Assembly: GCF_964204645.1 (NCBI RefSeq)
Contig: NC_134025.1
Span: forward strand, 18,203,101 to 18,267,100
DNA: 64,000 nucleotides
From: Tubulanus polymorphus
Lineage: Eukaryota > Animalia > Nemertea
Reading direction: 5' to 3'
Under the pieces are notes generated by a model. That model had not been told where the DNA came from. It saw only the letters and a program-made list of their open reading frames with translations, and searched no databases. Within the stretch, counting starts at the first letter, position 1. Each line of letters starts with the position of its first letter. The position numbers were made by a program, and so were the translations under genes. Of the stretch, positions 60,985 to 64,000 are shown piece by piece.

Positions 60985-63175
60985 AGGGGTCCAGGGACAC
61001 CATGCCCACTTTGGAAGTGGTTTCAAATGCTCAACAATCTAACAATTTCAATATTCGACGCCCCCTGGTAACCATATACAAAATCCAATGACCTTGAAAC
61101 TAACCACAATCATAGAACATGTCAGCAGCTACGATTTTGTAATTGATTGTGATAACAAAATATGCCTCGTTACCAATTTAATATGGAAATACTAAGTTAT
61201 TCTACTATTCAACACCCCCTGGTGACCATATTCACAACCCAATAACCTTGTAACTCACCATAATCATAGAACATGTCATGAACTACAACTTTGCAATCGA
61301 TCATGGTAACAAAATATGCCTAGGTACCAATATAATCAGGAAATACTAGGTTATTCTTCTATTCAACGCCCCCTGGTGACGATATAGAATAACTAATTTC
61401 CTTAAAACTCACCACAATCATAGACGATGTCATGAGATACAACTTTGCAATTGATTGTGGTAACAAAATATGTATTGGTACAAATATAATATAGAAATAC
61501 TAAGATATTGTATTATTCAACGGCCCCTGGTGGCCATATACAACTAGAGGACCAACGGTCCTGTGCTCTGGAGGCAAAGTTTTTTTTATAATATCAATGA
61601 AAACATATTACATTGATCATTCTTACTCTTTTAATTATGCAGATCTGTTCGCTTCACAACTGCCCTGGACACTACGGTGGAACTGGGCGCCTCATGACAG
61701 TGGTTAGGCAGGAACCAATACGTCAGATTGATTTATGGCCGGTTATAGTACAAAAAGATCGACGGACCAATGTATATCACTTTCAAAGTCTTTGAAGTAA
61801 TAATGTGACCGATAATAACTTAAATGAAAATCTATGATAAAGTTATCTTCATTCAAAAGAAATTATTTCACTGTATGAAAAACGTGCGTATTCATAACGC
61901 GCGCATCAATATGAGCCTAGGCCACTATGTCACTGTAGTGTGTGCAGTGTTGGATACTAATAATATATTAGTGATCTGCCAGCGCACGCTTGCCTCGCAT
62001 AGTATGGCTAGATGCCAACAGCTGCTACGCAATACGTCTGCAGTAAATGAATAAACACACGCCACGCTGTCATACAACTCGGTGAAAATTTCGGTCTGAC
62101 TGTAAAAATTAGGACTTTCAAGGACATTGTCTGCCAACCTTTCGAAGTTTAAGACTCCCACTGATTTTCCCAGCAAAAAAACAAGGAATTTAAGACTGCT
62201 GCGGTACCGACCCTTGGTGCAAGGTGCCCGTTCACACCCGAGTGATGTAGTCATCCGCATATTAATTCACCTTGCAAAATAAATCTATCCGAATGAATAA
62301 TTAATAAAACATTTTTCAAAAATCTTTTCAATATCACCTATCACCATTCAACCCAATATAATGAAATAATCTTGAATACAAATTGCCGGATCTATTTTTG
62401 CAGCGGATTTAGCCCCATTTATCGGATCTTTCAATAATTCAATGACTGTATAAATGGTGTGCTTTGGTTCGCGGTAAACATACACAACACGACACCGACA
62501 CGCTCGTTCCTCGAGAGCTAAAAACCAATGAACTTGAAACTCACCACAATCTTAGAACACGTTATACGCTACAATTTTCTAATTCATTGTTGTAACAAAA
62601 TATGCTTAGGTATCAATATAATGTCGAAAAACTTTTTCCCACCTACGAATGAGTACTGATGACACCAAGATGGCCGCCAATTGCGTCATAATTTTGGCTG
62701 ATCAAAAATACCTGACTCAGGTATAAAACATCCCTTTCCAAAGAATACCCATCAGCAATTGCAATGAGAAATGGCAAACCAGTAGGAAGCTACAGACTCA
62801 GAATTCGGGCCAAAATTGACATTTTTGCCATTAAAAGGTCCTAGGACGACCATCTTGAGTCGGATCGACCCAATTTTTGTTATACTGATGGGCCCTGGGA
62901 GGGTTCAAATATACACAAAAGATCAAGGTAATTGATCAGGGCGTCTTCAAAATTTCCCTCAAAAAGTTCAAAAACGTGTAAAAAGTGCTGATTTTGGCGA
63001 ACAGCAATGGCTGCCAGTCGGCCATCTTGATTCTGACAGGGCTAGTTCCATATCAAGACATTACCTTGAAGCGTCTTCAAAACTTCCCAAAATAACTGGA
63101 TTCCCTCTACGGACAGACGGACGAAAAGTGAACGTAATAGCCCGCTGGGACTAAAGTCCCATGTGGGCTAAAAAA
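60985..63175 (+). mobile_element. HINE-like repeat with an internal 154-bp tandem array (~61050-61540) and a further nested insertion
   Basis: TATTCAACGCCCCCTGGT recurs at ~154-bp spacing; GACA repeats and terminal palindrome GGGACTAAAGTCCC. Confidence 0.55.
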
Positions 63176-63176
63176 T

Positions 63177-64000
63177 GTGAGATTACAATCCAATCATTTG
63201 AACACATGCACATGTGTGTATTGTGAAAATATCCCCTGTCAGCTGAGACCTCTTCTTATTTGTGGTGCTGCAAAAATCGTTGATGAAAATGAAGTGATAA
63301 AGTGCATGTTGTGCCCAAAATCAGATGTCATGCGGTTCCACCCACTCCCCTGCATCGAGGGAAAATGCGCGGATTGTTCGAGTGAAAGATCAAATAATAC
63401 GAATCCTTAATGAATGAAAATCCCACTTAGAAAATTGCGGTGGAATCTCCTATGTTCGTCACATATGTTCACTGCAAAATGGCAACATCACCAATATAGA
63501 GACATCTAAAACATTTATCCTGGAAACCTCTACATAAGTTGTATGTGATTTTGCCAAGAATCGTGAAGTGAAATACCAAGACGAGATCAAATCGGCTTAT
63601 TTCAGGAAAAAACATCACCATTCACCATTGTGAATTCTTCTACGGAAAATTTGGGCAACAAGTAAGAGAAGCCATAATTATAATATCAGATGACAGAGTG
63701 GCACATGGCAACCACAAAATTGATTAGTGATCGAAACATTAAAGTCCAAAATATTATTGTCTTCTCCGATGGATGTGCATCACAATACAAGGGAAAGGGG
63801 GCTTGCGGATATTTCAATGTCTCGCTCACTATTTCGGTTCCGAACACGGTAAGGGTGAAGGCGATGGGGAAATCGGTATTCTGAATCGAGCTATCGATAG
63901 AGCAATTGCTTCGGGAAGCGTTATTACAGGGGATTTAGATTTGTTTAATTATTGCGATGAAAAGATATGTCTAAATGATCCATTGTCAAAAAGAAATTAT
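63177..64000 (+). pseudogene. Decayed DDE/D transposase (Sola-like); N-terminal part probably at ~60180-60985
   Basis: CDFAKN...YQDEIKSAYF; FSDGCASQYKG; YFGSEHGKGEGDG. Confidence 0.6.

Overview
AT-rich eukaryotic, probably invertebrate animal, genomic DNA (inferred from the TE repertoire) made almost entirely of nested mobile elements. The core is a cluster of endogenous Maverick/Polinton-like (adintovirus-like) virus copies. The largest starts at 11232 and runs to about 30.2-31.7 kb. It encodes an intact protein-primed PolB, a poxvirus VLTF3/A2-like factor, penton, a frameshifted major capsid protein, an A32-like ATPase, a deleted rve integrase and an HNH nuclease. Standout observations: (1) PolB carries a complete 355-aa LAGLIDADG intein in catalytic motif C. 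(2) Almost every viral gene starts in a poxvirus-late-promoter-like T-rich...TAAATG context, alongside a VLTF3-like gene. (3) Two non-autonomous derivatives with AGTAAT...ATTACT ends and 6-bp TSDs (a 6.8-kb whole-element palindrome and a 1.6-kb element) keep the same two cargo genes. (4) Two element ends are short hairpins. (5) There are two minimal hammerhead ribozymes. Other elements are a Penelope-like element, a BEL/Pao LTR plus gag, two solo LTRs, LINE relics, piggyBac-type MITEs, Helentron-like HINEs and a decayed DDE/D transposase. All family assignments come from motif recognition by eye, without database searches.
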